From positions 25,814-89,813 of the forward strand of contig JARGFP010000011.1 in NCBI GenBank assembly GCA_029210585.1: DNA of 64,000 bases, read 5' to 3'. The position numbers and the translations under genes were made by a program. This stretch comes from Bacteroidales bacterium (lineage in GTDB: Bacteria > Bacteroidota > Bacteroidia > Bacteroidales > GCA-2748055). This document shows positions 36,982 to 47,386 of this stretch, piece by piece. The notes beneath the pieces are model-generated. The model had not been told where the DNA came from. It did not search any database and saw nothing but the letters and a program-made list of their open reading frames with translations. The number at the start of each line of letters is the position of its first letter. Positions within the stretch are counted from its first letter, which is position 1.

Positions 36982-37842
36982 ATGATAATGAGCAATAAAA
37001 TGAACCAGGAGAAAAAAACAATACTTGTAACTTGGGATTTTTCGAATGCCGCTGAAAATGCACTGAAGCATGCAGTGAAGATTGGGAGAATCGTGGAAAA
37101 CAACGTGGTACTGTTCCATGTGTACACGGAGGAAGCCCAGAAAGCCGGGGCGGAAAAGAAGCTGGAAGAGGCCTGTAGAAAATATACCGCGGCCTTCGAC
37201 CTGGAGGTGGGTTATGTGCTCAGGCAAGGATCCATATTTGACGAAATTTCAGCATATGCCTCTGTGGAAGAAAACAAGGTCAATTTTGTGATCCTGGGCA
37301 CCCACGGGATAAAAGGTGCGCAAAAACTGTTTGGCAGTAAGGCCCTCAGGGTAATCAACGGCTCAACGGTACCTTTCCTGGTGGTGCGCAAGGCTCCCCC
37401 CGAAAAAGACAGGTATACCGATATCGTCTTCCCCATCGACTTTAAATCGGAGAACAAGGAGAAATTGCAGTGGGCCATTTTCCTGGGAAAATACCTCAAC
37501 TCCAGGATCCACCTCTTTAAATACCCTTCGCAAGACAAATCAATGATGAAGAAGGTAAACGTCAACCTTAATTTTGCCATCCGGTTCCTGATCCAGAACA
37601 ATATTGAATACGAGATCCATACTGCCCCCAACACCAGGAATTTCATGAAGGACACCCTGGCCTTCTCAAAAAGCATTGAAGCAGACCTGATCCTGATCAC
37701 TACCACCAAGCATATGACCCTTGTAGATCTGATCTTCAGCGCCAAGGAACAATACCTGATCGCCAACGATGAAGGGATCCCCGTGATGTGTGTCAATCCA
37801 AGGGCCAGCTTTGCAAAAGTAAGCCAGTTCATGTATGGCTGA
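36982..37842 (+). CDS. Universal stress protein family (tandem Usp domains)
   Basis: 286 aa. The TILVTWDFSNAAENALKHA and FVILGTHGIKG patterns are typical of UspA-fold proteins. The exact start is ambiguous (ATG at 36982, 36988 or 37000). Confidence 0.75.
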   Translation: MIMSNKMNQEKKTILVTWDFSNAAENALKHAVKIGRIVENNVVLFHVYTEEAQKAGAEKKLEEACRKYTAAFDLEVGYVLRQGSIFDEISAYASVEENKVNFVILGTHGIKGAQKLFGSKALRVINGSTVPFLVVRKAPPEKDRYTDIVFPIDFKSENKEKLQWAIFLGKYLNSRIHLFKYPSQDKSMMKKVNVNLNFAIRFLIQNNIEYEIHTAPNTRNFMKDTLAFSKSIEADLILITTTKHMTLVDLIFSAKEQYLIANDEGIPVMCVNPRASFAKVSQFMYG

Positions 37843-37879
37843 TCCCTTATGAAATCGTTTAAAACCTTGGAGGTGAACA

Positions 37880-38830
37880 GTGTCCGTTAGTGTCAGAAAA
37901 ATATCCAGGAAATACGGGGAACAATGGGCCGTTAAAGAGGTCTCCTTTACTGTTCACTCAGGTGAAATCGTGGGGTTCATAGGACCGAACGGTGCCGGCA
38001 AATCCACCACCATGAAAATCATCACGGGATTCCTGCCGCCCACATCGGGCGAGGTAAGGATCAATGACCTCGATATCAGGGAACAGACCATGCAGATCAA
38101 GCGGATCATCGGGTACCTGCCCGAGCACAATCCCCTTTACCCTGAAATGTATGTGAAGGAATACCTCCTCTACGTGGCAGGCCTCTACAACATCCGTGGA
38201 ACCAGGGCACGGAACAGGGTGGACGAAATCATTGAACAGGTGGGACTGACCGGCGAACGCCACAAAAAGATTGAAAAACTCTCCAAGGGATACAGGCAAC
38301 GGGTGGGGATCAGCCAGGCACTGATCCACGATCCCGACGTTCTGATCCTGGATGAACCCACCTCGGGTCTCGATCCCAACCAGATCGTGGAGATTCGCAA
38401 CCTGATTTCGGCCGTGGGAAAAGAGAAAACTGTGATCTTATCCACCCACATCATGCAGGAAGTGGAAGCCATCTGTGACCGTGTTATTATTATCGACAAC
38501 GGGGAAATCAAAGCCGACGAGACAGCAGGAAACCTGGGAAGCAGGCAGCAGTCAGGACAAACCATCGAAGTGGAATTGCAGGAATCCTTCCCCGCCGAAA
38601 AATGGAAAAAACTCGCTGCTGTTACCGGGGTACGGACCCTTCCGGGAAATATCTACCTGCTGGCCACCACGGAAACCCGGGACATCAGGCCGGACATCTT
38701 CAGGTTTGCGGTGCAAAATAACCTTACCGTCCTGTCCCTGAACCAGAAACATAAAAACCTGGAAGAGGTGTTTCGTGAAATCACTGGGAAAACAGGCAAA
38801 CAAGATGCCGGAAGTCAGGACTTAAAATAA
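37880..38830 (+). CDS. gldA: Gliding-motility ABC transporter ATP-binding protein GldA-like
   Basis: GTG start. The sequence SVSVRKISRKYGEQWAVKEVSF...GFIGPNGAGKSTTMKIITGFLPPTSG...IGYLPEHNPLYPEMYVKEYL closely follows the GldA N-terminal pattern I recall from Flavobacterium johnsoniae. Confidence 0.75.
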   Translation: MSVSVRKISRKYGEQWAVKEVSFTVHSGEIVGFIGPNGAGKSTTMKIITGFLPPTSGEVRINDLDIREQTMQIKRIIGYLPEHNPLYPEMYVKEYLLYVAGLYNIRGTRARNRVDEIIEQVGLTGERHKKIEKLSKGYRQRVGISQALIHDPDVLILDEPTSGLDPNQIVEIRNLISAVGKEKTVILSTHIMQEVEAICDRVIIIDNGEIKADETAGNLGSRQQSGQTIEVELQESFPAEKWKKLAAVTGVRTLPGNIYLLATTETRDIRPDIFRFAVQNNLTVLSLNQKHKNLEEVFREITGKTGKQDAGSQDLK

Positions 38831-38919
38831 CCACTACTGTACTTCTGGTACTCATCTCCAGTTAGTTACCAAATTGTAAACCATTTGGCACTGTATTTGT
38901 TTACATATATTAATATTTA

Positions 38920-38927
38920 TATATTTG
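38920..38927 (+). promoter_or_regulatory. Candidate -7 box TATATTTG with a -33 TTTG (38896-38899) for the TPR gene
   Basis: Perfect TAnnTTTG 32 nt upstream of the ATG at 38959. A TTTG lies 20 nt upstream of the box. Confidence 0.5.
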
Positions 38928-38958
38928 ACGATTCAAAAAAATTAAAGCGTGTAAACCT

Positions 38959-39945
38959 ATGAAAAAAAGAGTATTATCATTCTCGATAGCATTGATAGTG
39001 GCATCGGGATCACTGGCAGCCCAGACGCTGACAGACGTGATCAATGAATTCAATGCCGGGGTTGAAAGCCTGAACGGACAGTCCTATGAAACAGCTCTGG
39101 ACCAGTTCAACAATGCCCTCGCACTGAGTGAACAGGTTGGAGAAGAAGCTGCAGATATGAAACAGCAAGCCCGCGAACAGGTGGTAGGAACACACTACAG
39201 GCAGGCCATTACACTGATGAAAAGAAAACAATACGACCAGGCACTGCCAGCGCTTGAACAGACAGTCGCCACATCTGCAGAATATGGCGTAAAACCGGAA
39301 TTCGCTGAAAAAGCAATGCAATACCTGCCCCCGCTTTATCTCCGCGAAGGAAACGTACTGCTGAAGCAGTCGAAATACGACGAGGCAATGGATATTTTCG
39401 ATAAAGCCATTGCGCTGAAACCCGACATGTACAAGGCACACCAGGGCAAAGGGCTCGTACACAAGGAACAGGAAGAAATTGAAAAAATGCTGGAGGAATT
39501 TGACATTGCCAAAACCAAAGCGCGGGAGGCCGGCGACAATGAAACAGTCGACGAGATCAATGCAGCCATCGACGGGTATTACCGGTCACTGATCGAAGAA
39601 GAATTGATGATGATGGATACGGAAGATCCCGATTATACTTTCCTGCTGGATATCTGCGACCAGGCCATTGCTGCCAATGACAATAACGGTTACGCACACT
39701 GGCAGGCTGCCATGGCCAGGAATAAAATGATCGAATTCGATACGGCCATCGAACTTGCAAAAAAGGGACTGGAAGGTGAAACCGATCCGATCCTCCGGTC
39801 TGCACTTAACTACGAGCTTGGTATCGCCTATCAGAACACTGCAAGCTATGCCGAAGCGTGTGAAGCGTATAATAATGTAACCGATGAACCCTTCCTCTCA
39901 AGGGCTGAAAAGAAACTGGAAACCCCACAGCTGGGTTGCAACTAG
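38959..39945 (+). CDS. Tetratricopeptide-repeat protein with a signal peptide
   Basis: 328 aa. Repeated A-x-x-x-(F/Y)-x-x-A-(L/I) helical-pair patterns (YETALDQFNNAL, YDEAMDIFDKAIALKPD, YAEACEAYNNV). Confidence 0.7.
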   Translation: MKKRVLSFSIALIVASGSLAAQTLTDVINEFNAGVESLNGQSYETALDQFNNALALSEQVGEEAADMKQQAREQVVGTHYRQAITLMKRKQYDQALPALEQTVATSAEYGVKPEFAEKAMQYLPPLYLREGNVLLKQSKYDEAMDIFDKAIALKPDMYKAHQGKGLVHKEQEEIEKMLEEFDIAKTKAREAGDNETVDEINAAIDGYYRSLIEEELMMMDTEDPDYTFLLDICDQAIAANDNNGYAHWQAAMARNKMIEFDTAIELAKKGLEGETDPILRSALNYELGIAYQNTASYAEACEAYNNVTDEPFLSRAEKKLETPQLGCN

Positions 39946-39994
39946 TGTGAAGTTTGCATCTTTAAATGTTTGTTTTTGAAGATTTTAAAATTCA

Positions 39995-40028
39995 ATGCAG
40001 CGGTAAACCATATCGCTGCATTTTTTTT
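39995..40028 (+). terminator. Intrinsic terminator of the TPR gene
   Basis: ATGCAGCG (39995-40002) pairs with CGCTGCAT (40014-40021). 11-nt loop, then T8. Confidence 0.75.
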
Positions 40029-40061
40029 GGTGAACAGGCAAATTATCATTTCCTTTGTGAA

Positions 40062-40130
40062 GCGAAAATAAGTGGAAGGATTTGGCTGATTGCAACCACG
40101 GAAAAAAAATGCTAAAACAGTGTCTTTCGC
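40062..40130 (+). promoter_or_regulatory. Candidate SAM-II-class (SAM-II/SAM-V-like) pseudoknot riboswitch in the metK leader
   Basis: GGAUUUGGCUGAUUGCAACCACGGAAAAAAAAUGCUAAAAC resembles my remembered SAM-II consensus (GAUUU..GGCU...GCA...AAAGCUAAAA). An H-type pseudoknot can be drawn: GUGG 40072-75 with CCAC 40096-99, and UUUGGC 40081-86 with GCUAAA 40111-16. An outer GCGAAA/UUUCGC helix encloses it. The motif ends 52 nt before the metK ATG. Confidence 0.45.
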
Positions 40131-40181
40131 CCGACCCAATCGTAGCCATTTCAACTGAGTATTAATTTATAATTTAAACCG

Positions 40182-41444
40182 ATGTCATATTTATTTACCT
40201 CCGAATCAGTATCCGAAGGACACCCGGATAAAATTGCTGATCAGATCTCTGATGCCCTGCTGGATGAATTCCTGGCCTTTGATCCCGATTCCAAGGTGGC
40301 ATGCGAAACACTCGTTACCACAGGGCAGGTTGTCCTTGCAGGGGAAGTGCATACCACCACCTATATTGATATCCAGAAAGTGGCCCGACAGGTCATCTGC
40401 AAAATCGGGTACACCAAAAGCGATTACCAGTTTGAATGCAACAGCTGCGGTGTGATGGGCCTCATCCATGAGCAATCCCCCGACATCAACAGGGGTGTGG
40501 TCAGGGAAGATCCCATGGAACAGGGTGCCGGCGACCAGGGCATGATGTTCGGGTATGCCACCAGTGAGACAGATAACTATATGCCGCTGCCCCTTGACCT
40601 CAGTCACAAACTGCTGCAAACGCTGGCCGATATCCGCCGTGAAGGAAAGGAAATGACCTACCTGCGACCTGATTCAAAATCTCAGGTAACCATTGAATAC
40701 AGCGATGACAATACGCCACTCAGGGTACATACCATCGTGGTGTCTACACAACATGATGAATTCGACCAGGATGATGTGAAAATGCTGGAAAAAATCAAAC
40801 ATGATGTACGGACCATCCTGATCCCGCGCGTGGTCAGCGACCAGCCCGAAAGAATACAGCAATTGTTTGATGACAAGTTCATCCTGCATGTGAACCCAAC
40901 CGGGAAATTCGTGATCGGTGGTCCGCACGGTGACACAGGACTGACAGGACGCAAGATCATTGTAGATACCTACGGCGGCAAAGGTGCCCACGGTGGTGGC
41001 GCATTTTCAGGCAAGGACCCGTCAAAGGTAGACCGATCAGCAGCCTACGCCGCGCGTCATATTGCCAAGAACCTGGTGGCCGCAGGTGTGGCAGATGAAC
41101 TCCTGGTCCAACTCTCGTACGCCATTGGTGTGGCCAGGCCAGTGGGCATCTATGTCAACACCTACGGAACGGCCAAAATCGGACTGAGCGACAGTGAGAT
41201 CGCTGCAAAGATCAGTGATCCCGGGTTGTACGACTTCAGGCCGGCAGCCATTGAAAAAGAACTTCAGCTGCGCAACCCGATCTACACGGAAACAGCAGCA
41301 TACGGACATATGGGACGGGATCCGCAAAAAGTAAAGAAAACCTTTACGTCACAGTATTTCGACCCGGTCGAGGTCGAGGTGGAACTGTTTACCTGGGAAA
41401 AACTGAACAGGGTGGACGATTTCAAAAAGGCCTTCGGAATCTGA
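40182..41444 (+). CDS. metK: S-adenosylmethionine synthase
   Basis: 420 aa. [36 protein letters not shown] and the [19 protein letters not shown] signature motifs. Confidence 0.98.
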   Translation: MSYLFTSESVSEGHPDKIADQISDALLDEFLAFDPDSKVACETLVTTGQVVLAGEVHTTTYIDIQKVARQVICKIGYTKSDYQFECNSCGVMGLIHEQSPDINRGVVREDPMEQGAGDQGMMFGYATSETDNYMPLPLDLSHKLLQTLADIRREGKEMTYLRPDSKSQVTIEYSDDNTPLRVHTIVVSTQHDEFDQDDVKMLEKIKHDVRTILIPRVVSDQPERIQQLFDDKFILHVNPTGKFVIGGPHGDTGLTGRKIIVDTYGGKGAHGGGAFSGKDPSKVDRSAAYAARHIAKNLVAAGVADELLVQLSYAIGVARPVGIYVNTYGTAKIGLSDSEIAAKISDPGLYDFRPAAIEKELQLRNPIYTETAAYGHMGRDPQKVKKTFTSQYFDPVEVEVELFTWEKLNRVDDFKKAFGI

Positions 41445-41463
41445 TGTTTCAAAAAGGCACCCG

Positions 41464-41484
41464 GGAACCGGTCACGCCGGTTCC
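41464..41484 (+). terminator. Hairpin downstream of metK, terminator-like with a weak U-tract
   Basis: GGAACCGG pairs with CCGGTTCC around a 5-nt loop, 20 nt after the metK stop. Confidence 0.4.
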
Positions 41485-41594
41485 TGCTGTTTGCCGGTAA
41501 TACTTCAGCATATAGAAACTGCATTGCCGGTGGACGTTATTGTTTGAAAAGAAACGTATTTACAAAATAAGAAACCATACTAAATAACCAGGCC

Positions 41595-42194
41595 ATGTTT
41601 TCAGGAATAGTCGAAGAAACCGCAACCGTTGTTGCACTGGAAAAAGAAAAAGACAATCTGCATATCACGCTCGAATGCTCATTCGTGGACGAACTGAAAA
41701 TCGACCAGAGTATTTCCCACAATGGCGTTTGTCTCACCGTTGTGAAGCTCACTGATTCCACCTACACGGTTACAGCAATCCGGGAAACCCTGATCAAATC
41801 CAACCTCGGACTTCTGAAGGAGGGAGACAAGGTGAACCTGGAAAGAAGTACCAAACTCGACGGCAGGCTCGACGGGCACATGGTGCAGGGGCATGTGGAC
41901 CTTACAGCTACCTGCACAGCCGTGAAGGAAGCAGAAGGTAGCTGGTACTACACGTTTGAATTTGAACCCACAAGCGAAGAACATATCACCGTGGAAAAAG
42001 GCTCGGTTTCCATCAACGGAGTCAGCCTCACCGTGGTCAATTCAAAGGAGCGGTCGTTCGAAGTGGCCATTATCCCCTTCACCTACGAAGTAACGAATTT
42101 CCATACGTTTGAACCGGGAACCGTAGTGAACATTGAATTTGATATCATCGGGAAATATATCGCCAGGATCCTGAAACAACAACAGGGAGGGTAA
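41595..42194 (+). CDS. ribE: Riboflavin synthase
   Basis: 199 aa. MFSGIVEE...SISHNGVCLTVV and its internal duplicate SVSINGVSLTVV show the two-barrel repeat of riboflavin synthase. Confidence 0.93.
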   Translation: MFSGIVEETATVVALEKEKDNLHITLECSFVDELKIDQSISHNGVCLTVVKLTDSTYTVTAIRETLIKSNLGLLKEGDKVNLERSTKLDGRLDGHMVQGHVDLTATCTAVKEAEGSWYYTFEFEPTSEEHITVEKGSVSINGVSLTVVNSKERSFEVAIIPFTYEVTNFHTFEPGTVVNIEFDIIGKYIARILKQQQGG

Positions 42195-42464
42195 TTCAGT
42201 TCGCGCGGGAACCGCTGAAACCACGTTTGGCATCCTTCGCACGGAAACTGCGGAGACCCCGCTGAGCAGCCTTCACAAGAGAACCGAGGAAGCAACCCAT
42301 CCACCATGAACCAATTGAACTGTCATTCAACCATGAACAGCAGGAAGTGCCCTGCAACCAGGACCAGCTGGAAATAATGCATCATATGTTTAAGAGTATG
42401 GAGGTACAGCTTTAATTGTCCCGTGGCTCCTTGTATCTTTAGCCTTCATTATGCAACCCGTTTT

Positions 42465-43820
42465 ATGAAGACAATTCTTATTCTCGGCGCAGGACTTTCC
42501 TCCAACATGCTGGTCCGCTATTTTGTTGAACGTGCAGATGCACTCAAAATAAAGATACGCCTGGGTGACAAATCCATCGCCACTGCTGCGGCAAAGGTTG
42601 AAAAATGTGCACAATGCACTGCTTTTGAGTTTGATGTATTCAACGATCTGCAACGAAACAGGGAGGTCGCTAAAGCAAACCTGGTGATCTCCATGCTGCC
42701 CGCACGCATGCATCCTGTTGTTGCCCGCACCTGCATCAGGTACGGTGTGAACATGGTTACCGCTTCGTATGCCTCCAGCGAGATCAGGGAACTGGATTTT
42801 GAAGCCCGGAAAAAAGGGATCGTGGTCATGAATGAATGTGGACTGGACCCCGGTATCGATCATATGTCCGCCATGCAGATGATCAACAGGATCCGAGACA
42901 GGGGACTGGAACTGGTTGCCTTCGAATCCAGTACCGGCGGACTCGTGGCACCGGGATTTGAGAACAACCCCTGGCAGTACAAATTCACCTGGAATCCGCG
43001 AAACGTGGTACTGGCTGGCAAGGATGGTGCGCGCTTCCTGCACAATGGCAAATTTAAGTACATCCCGTACCACAAACTGTTCAGCAGGATCGAGACCATA
43101 GATGTACCCGGACTGGGTGAATTTGAAGTATATGGCAACAGGGATTCCCTCACCTACCGGGAAACCTACAGACTGCATCACCTGGAGACCATGTTCAGGG
43201 GGACCATCAGGCGGCCCGGGTTCTGCGAGGCATGGGATACTTTCGTGCAACTGGGTGCCACCGACGATAGCTATGTCATGGAAGATACTGAGAACATGAC
43301 CTGCAGGGATTTCATCAACAGTTTCATGGCCTACAGGGTGGACATTCCCGTGGAGAAAAAACTGTCACTTTACCTCGGAATTCCCGAGGACTCGGCCATG
43401 ATGGGTCGCCTGAAATGGCTTGGTATTTTTGATGATACAAAACTTTGTGTTCCCGGACTGACCCCCGCCAGGGTATTGCAATCGATCCTGGAAAAGAAAT
43501 GGTCCCTGGAAGCTGACGACAAGGACATGATCGTCATGCAACACCAGTTTGACTATATCGAGGACCAGAAACGTAAAAAGATCTATTCCACCATGACCTT
43601 TATAGGAAAGGATTCCTATAATACTGCCATGGCGGCCACCGTCGGCCTGCCGGTGGCGATCACAAGCCGCCTCATCCTGGAGGGGAGGGTGAACCTCAAA
43701 GGCGTGCAACTGCCCATTATGAAAGAGGTGTATGAACCTGTACTGGAAGAGCTGGCTGAATATGATATCCGGTTTGTGGAAGAGGAGGTGGAAATTCCCA
43801 TGGACATCAGCAGTCTTTGA
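42465..43820 (+). CDS. Saccharopine dehydrogenase family oxidoreductase
   Basis: Rossmann start MKTILILGAGLSSNMLVRYF and CGLDPGIDHM, typical of saccharopine dehydrogenase/reductase. I prefer the ATG at 42465 over the track start at 42423. Confidence 0.8.
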   Translation: MKTILILGAGLSSNMLVRYFVERADALKIKIRLGDKSIATAAAKVEKCAQCTAFEFDVFNDLQRNREVAKANLVISMLPARMHPVVARTCIRYGVNMVTASYASSEIRELDFEARKKGIVVMNECGLDPGIDHMSAMQMINRIRDRGLELVAFESSTGGLVAPGFENNPWQYKFTWNPRNVVLAGKDGARFLHNGKFKYIPYHKLFSRIETIDVPGLGEFEVYGNRDSLTYRETYRLHHLETMFRGTIRRPGFCEAWDTFVQLGATDDSYVMEDTENMTCRDFINSFMAYRVDIPVEKKLSLYLGIPEDSAMMGRLKWLGIFDDTKLCVPGLTPARVLQSILEKKWSLEADDKDMIVMQHQFDYIEDQKRKKIYSTMTFIGKDSYNTAMAATVGLPVAITSRLILEGRVNLKGVQLPIMKEVYEPVLEELAEYDIRFVEEEVEIPMDISSL

Positions 43821-43950
43821 CCAGGTACGGCCCAACGAAACATCCTTGCCCTCCTTTCCCCATGTGATTTTCCCGCTACGCGAAAGATGCACCAGGATAC
43901 CCCGGGAAGTCACTCTGAATTATTGGGTTTGCTGTAAAATAGAAGCTGAT

Positions 43951-44670
43951 TCACATATCCAGGTAAAAGTCTTTCGTCAGCTCCCTGTAGGCATCGGAAT
44001 AGCCGTGCCGTCCATGCGCTTCAATCACAAGTGAATTGACACGGGGAGTGGCGTTGCTTCGCGTGAATTCGAGACAGTGTCTTTTGGGTGCTGCACCGGG
44101 AACCGGGTGAACTTTCAGGATCCTTTCCGGGTAAAAGCCCTGCACACCTGCAATTTCCAGTGCGCCTGGTGCCTGGTCAGAAGGAACAATGATACTGATC
44201 CTCCCTTTCTCCCTTACAAGCTGGTCAGCCCTGCTGAAAATACCAGCCAGGTCAAGTGCATCGGTGTGACGTGCCAGGGTCCTGCCGGTTCCGGCAGCTT
44301 TAAAGGCACGGTTAAAATAGGGCGGGTTGCAAATAACCAGGTCATACTGCACACCCGCTTCCGGATCGAAATCACGGAAGTCAGACGCTTGCACACTGAT
44401 CTTTTCAGAAAAGACCGAACCTGCCACATTTTCCGCAGCCTGTCGCGCTGCAGCCAGATCGATCTCAATGGCATCGATTATAAGCTTTTGCGACCGCTGT
44501 GCCAGCATCAGTGCCAGCAACCCGGTTCCTGTGCCTATATCCAGCGCCCTGCCGGCACCCACAACTTCTGTCCAGGCACCCAGGATTACCCCGTCGGTGC
44601 CCACCTTCATGGCACATTGGTCCTGCCGGATCAAAAATTGCTTGCACCTGAACCACTGGTTGCCCATCAC
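43951..44670 (-). CDS. tRNA (adenine-N6)-methyltransferase (TrmN6/YfiC-like)
   Basis: FRCKQFLIRQDQCAMKVGTDGVILGAW, the SAM motif ALDIGTGTGLLALMLAQR, and the catalytic ICNPPYF. Confidence 0.8.
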   Translation of the reverse strand: MMGNQWFRCKQFLIRQDQCAMKVGTDGVILGAWTEVVGAGRALDIGTGTGLLALMLAQRSQKLIIDAIEIDLAAARQAAENVAGSVFSEKISVQASDFRDFDPEAGVQYDLVICNPPYFNRAFKAAGTGRTLARHTDALDLAGIFSRADQLVREKGRISIIVPSDQAPGALEIAGVQGFYPERILKVHPVPGAAPKRHCLEFTRSNATPRVNSLVIEAHGRHGYSDAYRELTKDFYLDM

Positions 44671-45446
44671 CCGAACTTTTCAAAAACGCCGAGCCCGAAA
44701 AGGGCATAATCATATTTTACCGGATCGTCCCGGTCGAATTCCCTGAGTTTTGCTGTGAGTTCCTCCACCGCTTTCCAGTCATTCTGCTTGCGGCGCAACA
44801 GGCCAAGTTTTCTTGCCGTATTGCCCGAATGGACATCCAGCGGGATCATCAGTGCGGAAGGAGGGATATCTTTCCAGAGTCCGAAATCCACCCCCCTGTG
44901 GTCATGGCGAACCATCCACCTCAGGAACATGTTCAACCGCTTTGCCGCTGAATTTGCCGTCACATCAGGAACATGCCGGCTGGTCCTTCCCGCCGGTCCG
45001 GCTGTGAACAATTTCTCCCTGAACTTTTTCAATGCCCCGAATACAGTTCCCTCTGCACGGTAGCCGGCAGTAAAGACCTGCTCCATTCCGCCATGCTGAT
45101 TGTAGATATGCTGCAGGGCTTCCAGGAACCAGGCACAGTCAAGCCCGTTAAAGGTACGATGAACGAAATGCAGGAACCTTTCCCGGTCCGCCGGCTGGTG
45201 GCCTGTAATGAATGCATGCGGACCGCCCGGCATCATGCCGGTCAGCCGGGTGGCATTCCGGATAATCGTGGTACGCTGTCCCCAGGCAAGTGTCGCGGTC
45301 AGGAACCCCGCAATTTCAATGTCCTCCTTCAGGATAAACATATGGGGTACTTGAATGGGATCCGAATCAATAAATGAAGTGCTGTTGTACCGATCCGCCT
45401 TCAGATCCAGAAATTCCTTTATGTCATGGTCATTCAACACATCCAC
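44667..45446 (-). CDS. TIGR02757/DUF2400-family protein
   Basis: 259 aa. [31 protein letters not shown] and [10 protein letters not shown] match my recollection of this family. 4-nt overlap with the downstream methyltransferase. Confidence 0.65.
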   Translation of the reverse strand: MDVLNDHDIKEFLDLKADRYNSTSFIDSDPIQVPHMFILKEDIEIAGFLTATLAWGQRTTIIRNATRLTGMMPGGPHAFITGHQPADRERFLHFVHRTFNGLDCAWFLEALQHIYNQHGGMEQVFTAGYRAEGTVFGALKKFREKLFTAGPAGRTSRHVPDVTANSAAKRLNMFLRWMVRHDHRGVDFGLWKDIPPSALMIPLDVHSGNTARKLGLLRRKQNDWKAVEELTAKLREFDRDDPVKYDYALFGLGVFEKFG

Positions 45447-45450
45447 CTGG

Positions 45451-46137
45451 TCACACCTTCCCCCTTGCTTCCTGCCTGGCCACCACCAGTCCGTCCTTCA
45501 TGCGCACCATCCTGTCGGCCATCTCTGCCAGGTGCATGTCGTGGGTGACGATCACAAGGGTCTTGTTGAATTCATCCCTGAGCCGGAAGAACAGGCTGTG
45601 CAATTCATTCTTGTTCTCTGTATCGAGGTTTCCTGAAGGCTCATCGGCCAGGATCACGGCCGGGTCGTTGATCAGTGCCCGGGCAATGGCCACACGTTGT
45701 TGCTCTCCGCCCGACAATTCCCCCGGTTTGTGATGGGTCCGCTGTGAAAGCCCCAGGAAATCAAGCAGCTCCATGCCGCGCTTCTCCACCTGCCTTCGGG
45801 AGTTTTTCGCTATGTAACCCGGGATACACACATTTTCATGTGCCGTAAACTCGGGCAGGAGCTGGTGAAACTGGAACACAAAACCAATGTTCATATTCCT
45901 GAACCGTGCCAGCTTATTTCCCAGGAGTGTGGAAGTCTCAATGCCATTGATCTCCACCGTACCTGAATTCTGCCGGCTCAGTGTGCCGATGATTTGAAGC
46001 AGGGTGGTCTTCCCGGCCCCGGAGGCCCCTACAACGGATACCACCTCACCCTCCCTGATGGCCAGGGAAATGCCCTTCAGGACCTGCAAATCCCCATAGC
46101 GCTTGGTTATCTCTTTGGTACGTATCATAGAGGTCAT
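45451..46137 (-). CDS. LolD-like ABC transporter ATP-binding protein
   Basis: Walker [10 protein letters not shown], signature [15 protein letters not shown], Walker [12 protein letters not shown]. The start at comp. 46135-46137 forms an ATGA overlap with the upstream antiporter stop. Confidence 0.8.
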   Translation of the reverse strand: MTSMIRTKEITKRYGDLQVLKGISLAIREGEVVSVVGASGAGKTTLLQIIGTLSRQNSGTVEINGIETSTLLGNKLARFRNMNIGFVFQFHQLLPEFTAHENVCIPGYIAKNSRRQVEKRGMELLDFLGLSQRTHHKPGELSGGEQQRVAIARALINDPAVILADEPSGNLDTENKNELHSLFFRLRDEFNKTLVIVTHDMHLAEMADRMVRMKDGLVVARQEARGKV

Positions 46138-47081
46138 GTGATAAAGATAAAATAAATATAGGCAGCATAGCACAGGACCATGATGGAACCTTCGATCCTG
46201 TTGATCCTTCCCTGCCTGGCCGGGATCATGAAGAGGAACAGGAGCACGGCCGATCCAAGCATCCAGGGCATATCAATGTGCAGTACTTCTGGTACCGTTG
46301 TAATGGGCTTGATAAATGCAGTAATGCCGAGTACGGATATGATGTTCATGATATTGGAACCCAGGATATTCCCGATGGAAATATCGGTCTCCTTCTTGAA
46401 GGCTGCGATGAGCGATGTCGACAACTCGGGCAGGCTCGTACCCAAAGCCACCATGGTGATGGAAATCACCCTCTCGGAAATTCCAAAATGCCCGGCCATG
46501 GCTGCAGCATTATCCACCAGCAGGGACGCTCCAAAGGCAAGCCCTGCACATGCAACCAGGAAAATGATTGCAGCCACCCACCACTTTGCCCTGCGTATGA
46601 CCGTTACCTCTAACGGGTCGGCATAACGCGGCAGCCTTGACTGCCGCACCGAAAACAGGATGTATCCGCCCATTAACAGGAGCATGATCAAAGCCTCCGG
46701 CCGGGTAATCTGATTGTCCGGCAGGAACAACAGTAACACCAGGCTCACGCCCATCATGATGGGCCAGTCGCGCACGATGGATTCCCGTTGCACAAGCAAT
46801 GGAAAAATAATGGTGGTCAGCCCGAGGACCAGCAGGATATTGGAGATGTTGCTCCCGATCACGTTCCCCACTGCCATGTCGGGATGCCCCTGCACTGCCG
46901 CCTGGATACTCACCAGCAGCTCAGGTGCAGAGGTACCGAATGCCACAATAGTGAGTCCGATGATGCTTGTGGGGATCCGGAAATGCCGGGCCAGGGTTAC
47001 ACTGCTTTCAACAAGGTATTTGCCGCTGACAAGCAGCAGAATCAGGCCTAAAATCAATAAAAATATTGCTGTCTTGTCCAT
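46134..47081 (-). CDS. Ca2+/Na+ antiporter (CaCA/YrbG family)
   Basis: 315 aa and polytopic. Duplicated alpha-repeat motifs [17 protein letters not shown] and [15 protein letters not shown]. Confidence 0.85.
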   Translation of the reverse strand: MDKTAIFLLILGLILLLVSGKYLVESSVTLARHFRIPTSIIGLTIVAFGTSAPELLVSIQAAVQGHPDMAVGNVIGSNISNILLVLGLTTIIFPLLVQRESIVRDWPIMMGVSLVLLLFLPDNQITRPEALIMLLLMGGYILFSVRQSRLPRYADPLEVTVIRRAKWWVAAIIFLVACAGLAFGASLLVDNAAAMAGHFGISERVISITMVALGTSLPELSTSLIAAFKKETDISIGNILGSNIMNIISVLGITAFIKPITTVPEVLHIDMPWMLGSAVLLFLFMIPARQGRINRIEGSIMVLCYAAYIYFIFIT

Positions 47082-47087
47082 GGATGA

Positions 47088-47381
47088 TCAAGGTGTATCG
47101 TCAGAATCAACCTGTTTTTTGACGTTTTTGACTACTTCGTCGGCATCTTTTTTCAGATCATCCTTTATCTCCTTGAAGTCCTTCACCACATCGGCAGAAC
47201 TGTCCTGTATTTCTCTCTTGATATCCTCGGTGGCACGCCTGAATTCCTTCATGCCCTGTCCGAACATTCTGGCCATCCTGGGAATCTCCTTGGAGCCGAA
47301 CAGCAACAATACCGCCAGCACAACGATCAGGATCTCCTGCCCACTAAAGAATAAAAATACCCAAGCCATCATTATCAGCAT
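47088..47381 (-). CDS. tatA: Twin-arginine translocase TatA/E-family protein
   Basis: EILIVVLAVLLLFGSKEIPRMARMFGQGMKEFRRA is the TatA TM plus amphipathic-helix signature. The true start may be an internal Met (MMAW) because a -7 box lies only 6 nt upstream of the first ATG. Confidence 0.8.
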   Translation of the reverse strand: MLIMMAWVFLFFSGQEILIVVLAVLLLFGSKEIPRMARMFGQGMKEFRRATEDIKREIQDSSADVVKDFKEIKDDLKKDADEVVKNVKKQVDSDDTP

Positions 47382-47386
47382 TTATG

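Noticed and set aside
41445-41594. Expected leader elements: an FMN riboswitch before ribE, T-box or attenuator structures before trpS (23953-24174) and asnS, a lysine riboswitch before the saccharopine dehydrogenase gene (42195-42464), and a cobalamin or TPP element before the TonB receptor (19540-19708).
   Set aside because: I could find none of the conserved cores I know for these classes (RFN, L-box, B12 box, TPP CUGAGA...ACCUGA). The regions are too short or unstructured for them.
42195-42464. A 270-nt relatively GC-rich gap with tiny ORFs (23 aa on the plus strand, 19 aa hydrophobic on the minus strand).
   Set aside because: There is no start context, motif or partner gene to support coding. 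It may be a decayed remnant, but I cannot show that from the sequence alone.
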